From Cuniculiplasma divulgatum (lineage in GTDB: Archaea > Thermoplasmatota > Thermoplasmata > Thermoplasmatales > Thermoplasmataceae): a DNA stretch of 32,000 bases. A program made the position numbers and the translations under genes. Shown in pieces: positions 9,748-17,567 of this stretch. The notes below the pieces were generated by a model that ran no database searches, was not told the DNA's origin, and saw only the letters and a list, made by a program, of their open reading frames with translations. The stretch spans positions 1,410,001-1,442,000 of the forward strand of contig NZ_LT671858.1 in the NCBI RefSeq assembly GCF_900083515.1, read 5' to 3'. The first letter of the stretch is position 1. Each line of letters opens with the position of its first letter.

Positions 9748-10355
9748 TTGATGCTGAAACAATAAAAAATGAGCTCATGAATCCTGGGACTGTACTTGTT
9801 GATGTAGACCCTATGCCATATCTTGAAATAGGCTATCCAGAAGGGGCTATAAGTCATCCCATATCACTGGAACCATGGGAGGAAAATCTAGCGCGATTAA
9901 TGGGAAAAAATCATAATGCAATTGCGGTATACTCTTCATTTAAAGCAATAGGAGAGTACGCAAGCCGACTTGCCTCAGAATATGGGATTCCAGTTAAATT
10001 TACGTTTTGCGATGGACTGGAGAAGTGGTCATCACTGGGACTCCCAACCTCTAGAATTAAATCTATAGATGTAGGTACCCTTAAGAAAGAAATAGCTCAA
10101 TTTACAGTTATAGATGTAAGAGAGAAGGAGGAACTGAAATCAGGTTTTATAGATGGTTCCATTAACATTCCACTAAGTGAAGTTGATACAGCTTTATTCA
10201 AGCTTAATCTAAATAATAAATACGCAGTTATCTGTGCTCACGGAAACAGGAGCAGGGAGGCTTCAAAAATACTATCAGAATATGGTTTTGATACCTGCAC
10301 TGTAAGTGGAGGCATGTCCCAGTGGATTCTTAAGCGGTTTTCAACGAAGTATTAA
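9744..10355 (+). CDS. Tandem rhodanese-domain sulfurtransferase
   Basis: 203 aa with two rhodanese-like halves. The second half carries the active-site loop CAHGNRS, while the first lacks a Cys. Its start overlaps the MBL gene stop (ATGA). Confidence 0.8.
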   Translation: MIDAETIKNELMNPGTVLVDVDPMPYLEIGYPEGAISHPISLEPWEENLARLMGKNHNAIAVYSSFKAIGEYASRLASEYGIPVKFTFCDGLEKWSSLGLPTSRIKSIDVGTLKKEIAQFTVIDVREKEELKSGFIDGSINIPLSEVDTALFKLNLNNKYAVICAHGNRSREASKILSEYGFDTCTVSGGMSQWILKRFSTKY

Positions 10356-10420
10356 CACATATGAGTGTACTAAACAGGCATACCAAAAGTCAAATATAGT
10401 TTTACTACCTAAAGATAAAC

Positions 10421-11038
10421 ATGACAGAGATAGTTGGAGGAATAATACTAGAAAAAAAATTACCGGAAACATTACCAAAAGTAACTGTTAGCTGGATCTG
10501 GTTTGACCAGATAAACGGGACAGTTGAATGGACTTTTAAAAATAATACAAATTCTAACCAATCATTTTTACTGTTCAGAAATTCCTACTATTTTGGAAAT
10601 GCATTCTGGCCAGTTTATATTAATAACGATGGCTTTAATGAAAAATTTGCAACCATTGCAATCCCACTTTCAGATTCAGGTGCGAGTAACAACTCTGCTC
10701 CCCTATGTGTTGCAGAGTTTCAGGATAAAAAAAGAATAGTGTGTTTTCTTTTCACCCTTGCCCCGAATCAACAGTGGTCAATGATAGAGGGTGGATTCTC
10801 AGAAGCATTTTCTCCCTCAGGTTACTCAGCTATAATTGCAAATGTCTCAGGGGCTAAGGATTACTGTATTAAATATGACGAAAAACAGGTTAAGGACTGG
10901 GACTCACAGACAGGAACCAACTATACTGGATATTCTCCAAATCCAAGCACATTTAACACTGTAACTGCGAAAGTTCAATCAAATTATGTATCACTATTTA
11001 ATGATATAATAACTCCGGGTGAATGTCCGACTAAATAA
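10421..11038 (+). CDS. Hypothetical soluble protein (orphan)
   Basis: 205 aa ORF. I recognise no motifs, TM segments or signal peptide. Its composition looks beta-rich, and it is co-directional with the sulfur cluster. Confidence 0.45.
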   Translation: MTEIVGGIILEKKLPETLPKVTVSWIWFDQINGTVEWTFKNNTNSNQSFLLFRNSYYFGNAFWPVYINNDGFNEKFATIAIPLSDSGASNNSAPLCVAEFQDKKRIVCFLFTLAPNQQWSMIEGGFSEAFSPSGYSAIIANVSGAKDYCIKYDEKQVKDWDSQTGTNYTGYSPNPSTFNTVTAKVQSNYVSLFNDIITPGECPTK

Positions 11039-11065
11039 TCAGAATAAAAGGATTTTTATAGAGCT

Positions 11066-11371
11066 TTAATTTCGATCCTCAAAAGTCATCATTCTGCCGT
11101 CACCATAGGTCCTGAAATAATATTTGTAAACGCTTTTATCTGATCTTGCCTCGCATTCTCTACCTTTACTGTAGTTCCCAACCAGTTGAATATAATCAAT
11201 ATGACTCCAACCGGTTCTTTTCTTTACCTCATTAACCATGTTTTCAAATATATCTGCGCATATATTGCAACAGAAGAACATATTCTCTCCCTCGATTTCC
11301 CTGTAGTATTCTCCCCATGTAGCATCACATAATGCGCATCCTTTTTCATTGTTTGTTTTTATACATCTCAC
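11066..11371 (-). CDS. Small Cys-rich metal-binding protein (possibly Ta0938-like)
   Basis: 101 aa. C-x2-C (CALC) plus CC-x2-C (CCNIC) suggests a Cys4 Zn/Fe site. Its start overlaps the 3' end of the upstream gene by 26 nt. Confidence 0.55.
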   Translation of the reverse strand: MRCIKTNNEKGCALCDATWGEYYREIEGENMFFCCNICADIFENMVNEVKKRTGWSHIDYIQLVGNYSKGRECEARSDKSVYKYYFRTYGDGRMMTFEDRN

Positions 11372-12254
11372 CTCTTTCTATTCTGGCCTCCATATATTCT
11401 CCAAAAACTCTTGCTGAATTCAGGTAGGCCGACTGTATATCCTCGAGATTTTCTTTCTCCGCATATTTTTCTATAATGTCCAGTGCAACGTAGGAATGAG
11501 AAACATCTGCCTCATATCCTTCCCTTAGAAAATTTTTAACTTCCTGCTTTACTCCCATATCTTTTAAAATCTCTGGATTGAAATATGGGTATTTTGCTCC
11601 GTATCTGTTAAGATCCCTGTTTGCAACCAGTTCAAGTGAGTGCATTGCTGCCATGATTTCGATCCATGTTTTTTTCTCTGCTATTTTTTCCCATGTTCTA
11701 ATGGCTCTCATTGTGGTTTCTAGTGGTGTGGAATTTAAAATTTCCTCTCTTCTAAGACCCAAAGAAATTCCCATCCTTATCAGGAGTTCATGGTGTGAGG
11801 GTTCCCTGTTCCCGAAACCCTGCATTTCTGTCATAATGTTTTCCATTTCATAGTCATGTATATCATCAAAATCACTTTTAGCGATTACATATGCACAGGA
11901 TTTGATCCACTGTTTTAGAAAGTGATGATGCTCAACAGCATAACCCTTCAGTAGATTCTCATCATATTTCTGCATGCCCAGGATAAATGGATGTGGATTT
12001 TCCCCTCTAAAATTTAAAACAAAGTTATCTATAATCCATCTTTTTATCCCCTTACTCTCCAGGGAATAGAATCTTGAAATCTTCTTTTCAAGTTCATCAC
12101 CACCTAACCTATCTTTTGAAATGTTTCTATTTAACCATGACACGTGCTCATAATTGCTTTCTGATGCCTCTGAGATCATGTGTTCAGAAAGTCCCTTATA
12201 GTCCCCCTTATCAAATGAATTGTAGCATACTGGACAGTTTACCATGAATATCAC
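11346..12254 (-). CDS. Heme-oxygenase-like iron-containing redox enzyme (PqqC/CADD/TenA superfamily) with an N-terminal CxxC zinc-ribbon-like segment
   Basis: 302 aa. It begins with an N-terminal CPVC...H...H segment. It then shows HPF, VEHHHF (E-x-x-H), EMENIMTE, SHHELLIRMGISLGL, AAMHSLE and EADVSH, a carboxylate/His pattern typical of di-iron HO-like proteins. Confidence 0.55.
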   Translation of the reverse strand: MIFMVNCPVCYNSFDKGDYKGLSEHMISEASESNYEHVSWLNRNISKDRLGGDELEKKISRFYSLESKGIKRWIIDNFVLNFRGENPHPFILGMQKYDENLLKGYAVEHHHFLKQWIKSCAYVIAKSDFDDIHDYEMENIMTEMQGFGNREPSHHELLIRMGISLGLRREEILNSTPLETTMRAIRTWEKIAEKKTWIEIMAAMHSLELVANRDLNRYGAKYPYFNPEILKDMGVKQEVKNFLREGYEADVSHSYVALDIIEKYAEKENLEDIQSAYLNSARVFGEYMEARIERGEMYKNKQ

Positions 12255-12462
12255 AGTCTATTTTATTATTAATTAGTTTTGCTCGTATTAAATACTTATT
12301 ATAAATTAGTTTCATCGATTGTAATATTACATATTCTCAATTAAAAAGATTACTTTAGCTTATACATCCATGGTTCATCGCTACGCTATGGGTAGAACAG
12401 AGGATGTTTAAATTCATAGAATATCCTTATATAGACTGCTAAAATAGATAAATGGTGCTGTT

Positions 12463-13461
12463 ATGAAAATACGGAATCTTGGAAAAACTGGATTGAGGGT
12501 AACTGAACTCTGTCTTGGAACGATGACCTTTGGAAATCAGAGCGACAGGAAAACTTCTTTTCAGATTCTCGATAAGGCCTATGAAGCTGGGATTAATTTT
12601 ATTGATACAGCGGACGCTTATCCTCTGGGAAAGGACTTTAAAGACGCAGGTAAGACCGAATCAATTATTGGTGAGTGGATAAAGGGAAAAAGAGATGAAC
12701 TTGTAATAGCCTCTAAATGCTTCATGCCAACAGGTCCAGGACCTAATGACATGGGAATGAGCAGAAAGCATATAATCAGTGCGATTGACAAAACTCTTGA
12801 GCGACTGGGCACAGATTATCTTGACCTGTATCAGATTCATAATTTTGATCCCATGACTCCCATCGAAGAGATGATGGGAGCCTTTGATGATCTTGTTCAT
12901 CAGGGAAAAATTAGATATGTGGGTGTCTCAAACTGGAGATCCTGGCAGGTTGCAAAGGCAAACGGTATTGCCGAAAAAAGGAATTTCGCAAAGGTGGTTA
13001 GTATTCAGCCGAGATATAATCTGTTATTCAGAATGATTGAAGACGATATAGTTCCAATGGCTCTTGATGAGGGGGCAGGGATAATAAGTTTCAACCCACT
13101 GGCTGGCGGAATGCTCACAGGACGTTACAGGAAAGGATCTAAGCCAGAGAGTGGCACAAGGTTTGCCCTTGGAAACAATGCTGGTGATTTATATCAGGAA
13201 CGGTACTGGCAAAACGCTACATTTGATGCTGTGGAAGAGTACCTTAAATGGTGCAGAGAACAGGATCTGGATCCGGTTAGCACCGCTGTGCACTGGGTAA
13301 CCCAACAACCCGGTATTACCTCAGCAATTATAGGGGCTAGCAAGGCTGAACAGCTGGATGGTAGCCTGAAATCTACTCAGGCGGAAGACCTAACTCAGGA
13401 GCAGTTAAAATGGCTGGATCATCTGTGGTACATGCTCCCCAGAAGGAAGGAAATCAGGTAA
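12463..13461 (+). CDS. Aldo/keto reductase family oxidoreductase
   Basis: 332 aa. The N-terminus MKIRNLGKTGLRVTELCLGTMTFG, together with DTADAY, GVSNW and LAGG, is a classic AKR signature. Confidence 0.9.
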   Translation: MKIRNLGKTGLRVTELCLGTMTFGNQSDRKTSFQILDKAYEAGINFIDTADAYPLGKDFKDAGKTESIIGEWIKGKRDELVIASKCFMPTGPGPNDMGMSRKHIISAIDKTLERLGTDYLDLYQIHNFDPMTPIEEMMGAFDDLVHQGKIRYVGVSNWRSWQVAKANGIAEKRNFAKVVSIQPRYNLLFRMIEDDIVPMALDEGAGIISFNPLAGGMLTGRYRKGSKPESGTRFALGNNAGDLYQERYWQNATFDAVEEYLKWCREQDLDPVSTAVHWVTQQPGITSAIIGASKAEQLDGSLKSTQAEDLTQEQLKWLDHLWYMLPRRKEIR

Positions 13462-13586
13462 AAAGATATTGCATAGCGCATTTTCCTCTTTTACCCATTG
13501 GCAGAAAATATAAAAATGGAGTTTATACTCTCTGTAACTACATATTTCAGAACTCACATTTTTTAATTTAAATTATACTCATCACT

Positions 13587-14333
13587 TTATTTGAGGATAG
13601 CACTCTGCTTTTCTCTTCTCAAAGTGCCTCTCTGCATGTAGATTATTACAAAGGATAGAACAGAAAAAATGTCAAGATAAACAAAGTAAATATTGTCTAA
13701 TGGGGAGAATAGGGAAGTAAGAATCCTGAAACTACCATATCCTATGTAAATAAGAAATATGAATCTGATTAGATATCCACTGGTTATGGAAATTGTGAAG
13801 TTGGAAAATTTCATTTTTAATATTCCTGCTCCAAGGGCAAAAAGAACCTTTCCATAAGGGATAAATGTTGAAATAAAAATTGAAAATGTTCCATGTGTCG
13901 CTATCCAGTCATCTGCCTTGTTGATGTCTTTTTCCCTAATCTTGATCTTTGATAGCGCTTTCAGTAGAAGTTCCCTTCCTGCAAATCTCCCACTGAGATA
14001 TTCAATCAGGGAGACAAAGAGCATTGCCAGAACAGAAACAAAAAGCGTAGCATAAACATTGAAAAGGCCAACAAATGCAAGATATCCATAGAATGGTACA
14101 AGAATATCATCTGGTAGTGGACCAAAGGCTATTATAATAAACATACCGAGATAACCAAGTTTATAGATAGGCTCAAATGCACCGAAACTCACATTCTTTA
14201 AGTTTATATCAATGCTGATATAATGGAAATATCCATTTGCAATATCCAGAGAGCTAAGAATTATGAAAACAATTAGCAAAGTTTCAGCATAGAGGTAATA
14301 CCTGTTCAGATTTGATCTCAGAAACCTGTACAA
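13587..14333 (-). CDS. DedA/VTT (SNARE-associated) family membrane protein
   Basis: 248 aa polytopic protein. GPLPDDILVPFYGYLAFVG and SGRFAGRELL resemble the DedA core motifs. Confidence 0.5.
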   Translation of the reverse strand: MYRFLRSNLNRYYLYAETLLIVFIILSSLDIANGYFHYISIDINLKNVSFGAFEPIYKLGYLGMFIIIAFGPLPDDILVPFYGYLAFVGLFNVYATLFVSVLAMLFVSLIEYLSGRFAGRELLLKALSKIKIREKDINKADDWIATHGTFSIFISTFIPYGKVLFALGAGILKMKFSNFTISITSGYLIRFIFLIYIGYGSFRILTSLFSPLDNIYFVYLDIFSVLSFVIIYMQRGTLRREKQSAILK

Positions 14334-14457
14334 ATTGAGGAATGTTTCACTGACCGTATTTACCCACGCAACGGATTATATCATGTTTATATTTAAAGAA
14401 AATAGATGATATATGTGTCTCAAATGTAATTTAGTTATCCCAATTCCCTCCTCCTTT

Positions 14458-15189
14458 TCAGCTGGAAATAGGCTGATCCGGACTGTAGTGAATTTTACCC
14501 CTTTCTTTATACATGAACTTGTATGAAAGAGCCCCCAGTATTCCTCCCAGAACTGGTGCTATCCAGTATATCCACTGATAATACTGGCCCTTTAACAATA
14601 TCCCTGAAAGTACTGCAGGTCCAAATGATCTTGCGGGGTTGATAGAACCTCCACTGATGGTTGCCAGCATGAATATCATGATTGAAACATATATTCCAAT
14701 TACAATTGCTATAATTGCCGTATTATTAGTTCTGGATGTTACTCCCATTATGGTCCACAGGAAAAAGAATGTCATTATGAATTCCCCTGCAAAGGCGACC
14801 CATGGTCCTCTGATACCCGGTATTGTTGCTCCAAACTGAACGCTGTTTGCAACGTTATAGCCGAATAATAATCCGACTGTTGCAGATGCCATTACAGCCC
14901 CTATCAACTGAGCAATTATATACTGAAATACATATTTTCCTGGAAAGCGTCCAGCAAAGAACATGGCTATGGTGACTGCAGGATTTACATGGCCTCCTGA
15001 AATATTTGCAACTGCCATAATACCTACTGAAATCCCTAATCCAAATGTGATTGCAAGATAGAACAGCGTAGATGGATTTAGTGTTTGATTGAAAGCCGCA
15101 ATGAAAGCCACGACACTACCTGGCCCAAAAAGCACGAAGATGTATGTACCAACCAGTTCAGCTAACGATTTCCTTATGATGTCTGCCAT
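14458..15189 (-). CDS. Aquaporin / MIP-family channel
   Basis: 243 aa with two NPA boxes (GGHVNPAVT and GGSINPARS) and six hydrophobic helices. Confidence 0.9.
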   Translation of the reverse strand: MADIIRKSLAELVGTYIFVLFGPGSVVAFIAAFNQTLNPSTLFYLAITFGLGISVGIMAVANISGGHVNPAVTIAMFFAGRFPGKYVFQYIIAQLIGAVMASATVGLLFGYNVANSVQFGATIPGIRGPWVAFAGEFIMTFFFLWTIMGVTSRTNNTAIIAIVIGIYVSIMIFMLATISGGSINPARSFGPAVLSGILLKGQYYQWIYWIAPVLGGILGALSYKFMYKERGKIHYSPDQPISS

Positions 15190-15390
15190 GTTTAGGAACT
15201 CATATATAAGTAATATAATAATACATTTAATTTAATTTTTGATTAATATACTTAGAGTGAAAGGACTCTATTCTGAGAGTAGTTTTATGGAAATCACAGT
15301 CTTTTTTCCAAGACGTTTATTAGTATAAGATAAAGTTAAAGCTGAATGCAGGCTCAACACTAATCGCTATATATAAATTCGCATTGCGCA

Positions 15391-15645
15391 ATGAAATATC
15401 ACATTGCAGAATCGAAGGACCTTATTCTTATGGATTGCCGGCGGTTTTTCATGTGGCATGTTGGGGATATAGAACGCAGGTACACACTGAATAAGGAAAG
15501 GTTGCCCGATGACATGATAGAAGATATGAGGCATTCCTATGCTAAGGCGTTAAAGTTTATCAAGACTGAAAAAAACGACATGAAAGAAGAAGTTTCCGTC
15601 AGTCTTCTGGCAAACATAGCGAGTGATATGAAAAGGATGGCCTAA
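15391..15645 (+). CDS. Hypothetical small protein (orphan)
   Basis: 84 aa ORF with no recognisable motifs. Its start codon is embedded in the perfect 12-nt palindrome CATTGCGCAATG (15382-15393), and TATATATAAA lies just upstream. Confidence 0.4.
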   Translation: MKYHIAESKDLILMDCRRFFMWHVGDIERRYTLNKERLPDDMIEDMRHSYAKALKFIKTEKNDMKEEVSVSLLANIASDMKRMA

Positions 15646-15701
15646 TGTTATTCGAGATGTTTTATAAGGTCAAGCTGTAAGACAAAGAGAAGAATGAACT
15701 C

Positions 15702-15896
15702 GTGGTTCTCGAGATGAACCACCTTCAGGAAAGGCTGAAAAAGATATTCAGTGATAAGAAAGCGGATATCCTTAATAACGGCAATAAGCATAAGACTATA
15801 CCTGAGGGGAAACTGGAGACGTATCTCAATAAGAGATGGAAGCTCGTGCAGAGATGTCCCAGTGGAGACGAGGCAGTTATAAAGCTCCCGTCTTAA
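15702..15896 (+). CDS. Hypothetical small protein (orphan)
   Basis: 64 aa from the GTG at 15702, or 60 aa from the ATG at 15714. It is basic and helical-looking, and I cannot name a family. Confidence 0.35.
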   Translation: MVLEMNHLQERLKKIFSDKKADILNNGNKHKTIPEGKLETYLNKRWKLVQRCPSGDEAVIKLPS

Positions 15897-15940
15897 ATAT
15901 GAATTGATATGTGTTCAGTAGTAATTAGAACCTTTAACCA

Positions 15941-16438
15941 CTACAACTCTTCTATTTTCTTTTTTACGGCATTTAAAGTTATATAACTAATGACTTTAGT
16001 GCTCTTTAATACTTTTGTATCACGAGAGTAAAAAATTTTAGAATCACTGTCTTCGCAGAAGGCCGCAAGTGCCATCTTATCTCCTGTTCCTATGAATCCG
16101 TCAAGTTCATAAATTTTCTGGTAATGGGCAAAAAAATTTTTTGAAACATCCTCCATCCTTATAATTGATATAAAACCCTTGCTAATGAAGCCCTGTACTT
16201 CTTCAATACGCTTCTGTATCCTTTTATCATCCAGTTGGACATGGTTCCCATCTCTCTCTACTAAGAGTCTTTTGAAAACTTCTCCAAGGGTATAAACAAA
16301 AATCTTTATCTTCACATCTCCTAAGTTTGAAGGGTGAAATAATTTCCTTACTCCTTCTTTTTGGTCTTTGTCAATGTTATCTAACAGAAAATAATCAATG
16401 AGTATGTTAGCATCTATAGATTTTATTTGATTCGCCAT
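15941..16438 (-). CDS. PIN-domain ribonuclease-like protein (putative toxin)
   Basis: 165 aa. Four acidic residues sit in canonical PIN contexts: D9 (SIDANILIDY), E53 (YTLGEVF), D120 (GTGDKMALAAF) and D140 (IFYSRDTKVL). It begins 15 nt downstream of the DUF4065-like gene. Confidence 0.65.
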   Translation of the reverse strand: MANQIKSIDANILIDYFLLDNIDKDQKEGVRKLFHPSNLGDVKIKIFVYTLGEVFKRLLVERDGNHVQLDDKRIQKRIEEVQGFISKGFISIIRMEDVSKNFFAHYQKIYELDGFIGTGDKMALAAFCEDSDSKIFYSRDTKVLKSTKVISYITLNAVKKKIEEL

Positions 16439-16453
16439 AATAAGCGCTGCGCT

Positions 16454-16930
16454 TCAGATTAATCTCAGATTTTTTATTTCATTGAATGTGTTTTTGACAT
16501 AATCAATCGAAGCCTTTTTCTCCATAAGTCTTTCGGATTTAATGTTAGATACTGCGTTAATAACATCCTCCTCAGAGGCATCTGGATTAGAAGTTCTTAT
16601 AGAATGTAATGTTGCTGCAATCTCCAAAAAAAAGTCGTCTTTTTCTTTGAGAGCAATAAGGATAGCAGAAATTCCTTCAGGGATCACGATTTCCCCCCTT
16701 GCCCACTCTCTTTCTCCCATTTCAAAATAGTCATGAGACAGCGCTGAAGAATAGGGTCCATAAACGTATAGGTCAAAATCATAATCCAATGGTATTCCAA
16801 GGACTCTGCCAAAATATACGAGTTTTTGTGCTTTTATGCGGTTAGATATATCCCCCTTAGTTATCTCTTTTCGGCTTAAGCCATTCCATTTTAGAAAGCC
16901 GGCTAAAGTCTTTACTTTACTCTCATCCAC
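16454..16930 (-). CDS. DUF4065/Panacea (SocA/GepA-like) domain protein (putative antitoxin)
   Basis: 158 aa with a GTG start. KAQKLVYFGRVLGIPLDYDFDLYVYGPYSSALSHDYFEM matches the KLQKLLY...W.YGP....ly core of DUF4065. Confidence 0.65.
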   Translation of the reverse strand: MDESKVKTLAGFLKWNGLSRKEITKGDISNRIKAQKLVYFGRVLGIPLDYDFDLYVYGPYSSALSHDYFEMGEREWARGEIVIPEGISAILIALKEKDDFFLEIAATLHSIRTSNPDASEEDVINAVSNIKSERLMEKKASIDYVKNTFNEIKNLRLI

Positions 16931-16987
16931 TGTCTTCCCTTAATGAGTAAATAATGGAATATAAGGTTTTCATTGGGTGCCCTTCTA

Positions 16988-17006
16988 GGTTAGTGATTAA
17001 CTAACC
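16988..17006. promoter_or_regulatory. Near-perfect 19-nt palindrome GGTTAGTGATTAACTAACC upstream of the Panacea-PIN module
   Basis: GGTTAGT and ACTAACC form 7-bp arms, with one further pair in the spacer. It lies about 60-75 nt upstream of the GTG start at 16930 and is a candidate operator. Confidence 0.3.
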
Positions 17007-17255
17007 ACTCACGCAACCATATATATTATAGTCACCTAGATGTTGCTGCTTCCTCAAGCAAAAATAAAATGAAGAGGATATACTCCTTCATTGCGTACTC
17101 GGGTAGACCTTATATGTTTCCTGAGTGGGGTTGATTCGAATAAGTGGCAATGAAATATTATTCAAATATCGGTATATCCGGGAATGACTCACATTAGTAT
17201 ATAAACTCTAATCATGAAAATGCCAATGAAAATAGAATCTAAACTGTATTGGTAA

Positions 17256-17328
17256 TGGGACCGTTGAGATTTGAACTCAAGTCACTAACACCCCAAGCTA
17301 GTAGGATACCAAGCTACCCCACGGTCCC
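17256..17328 (-). tRNA. tRNA-Pro (anticodon GGG)
   Basis: I folded the reverse complement by hand: GGGACCGTGGGGTAGCTTGGTATCCTACTAGCTTGGGGTGTTAGTGACTTGAGTTCAAATCTCAACGGTCCCA. The acceptor stem GGGACCG/CGGTCCC is perfect. The anticodon stem is CTAGC/GTTAG with loop TTGGGGT (U33, GGG, G37). The T arm is TTGAG-TTCAAAT-CTCAA. CCA is not encoded. Confidence 0.85.
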
Positions 17329-17343
17329 AAAAAAGTACATGCC

Positions 17344-17562
17344 TTATGAAAAAGGCATTATTTCGTCTATAAGTTCAATGTGCGATAGAACCATTCTTCT
17401 GCAACAGTATCTTTCAAGCCCTAGTTTGTCCATTATTGCAGAAATTTCATCTGGAGTTGGTTCTCTGTTCCTTGCCCTTATCTGGTTTAATTCAGCCTCG
17501 AACCTTCTGTAATCGGAACCTATAACTCTTCCACAGCTGAAACATCTTACAGGTATTATCAT
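17344..17562 (-). CDS. rpoN: DNA-directed RNA polymerase subunit N (Rpo10)
   Basis: 72 aa. MIIPVRCFSCG...YCCRRM is the zinc-binding signature of RpoN/RPB10. Confidence 0.95.
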   Translation of the reverse strand: MIIPVRCFSCGRVIGSDYRRFEAELNQIRARNREPTPDEISAIMDKLGLERYCCRRMVLSHIELIDEIMPFS

Positions 17563-17567
17563 TCAGA

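Noticed and set aside
10306-10739. Small ORFs 10306-10491 and 10524-10739
   Set aside because: They overlap the rhodanese 3' end or the 205-aa ORF in alternative frames. They are short, lack motifs, and have no promoter or SD context.
13547-13585. Possible C/D-box sRNA on the minus strand (GTGATGA ... CTGA)
   Set aside because: C-box-like and D-box-like motifs are only 39 nt apart end to end. There are no convincing D'/C' boxes or terminal stem, so the element is too short and irregular for an archaeal C/D sRNA.
15695-15701. Possible att-type direct repeat of the tRNA-Pro 3' half that would delimit an integrated element
   Set aside because: I found only 7-nt matches (TGAACTC, plus a similar GAACTCA near 15200). 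These are expected by chance, and no integrase gene is present.
17249-17512. 87-aa plus-strand ORF
   Set aside because: It runs through the tRNA-Pro gene and antisense to rpoN, so it is an artefact of ORF calling.
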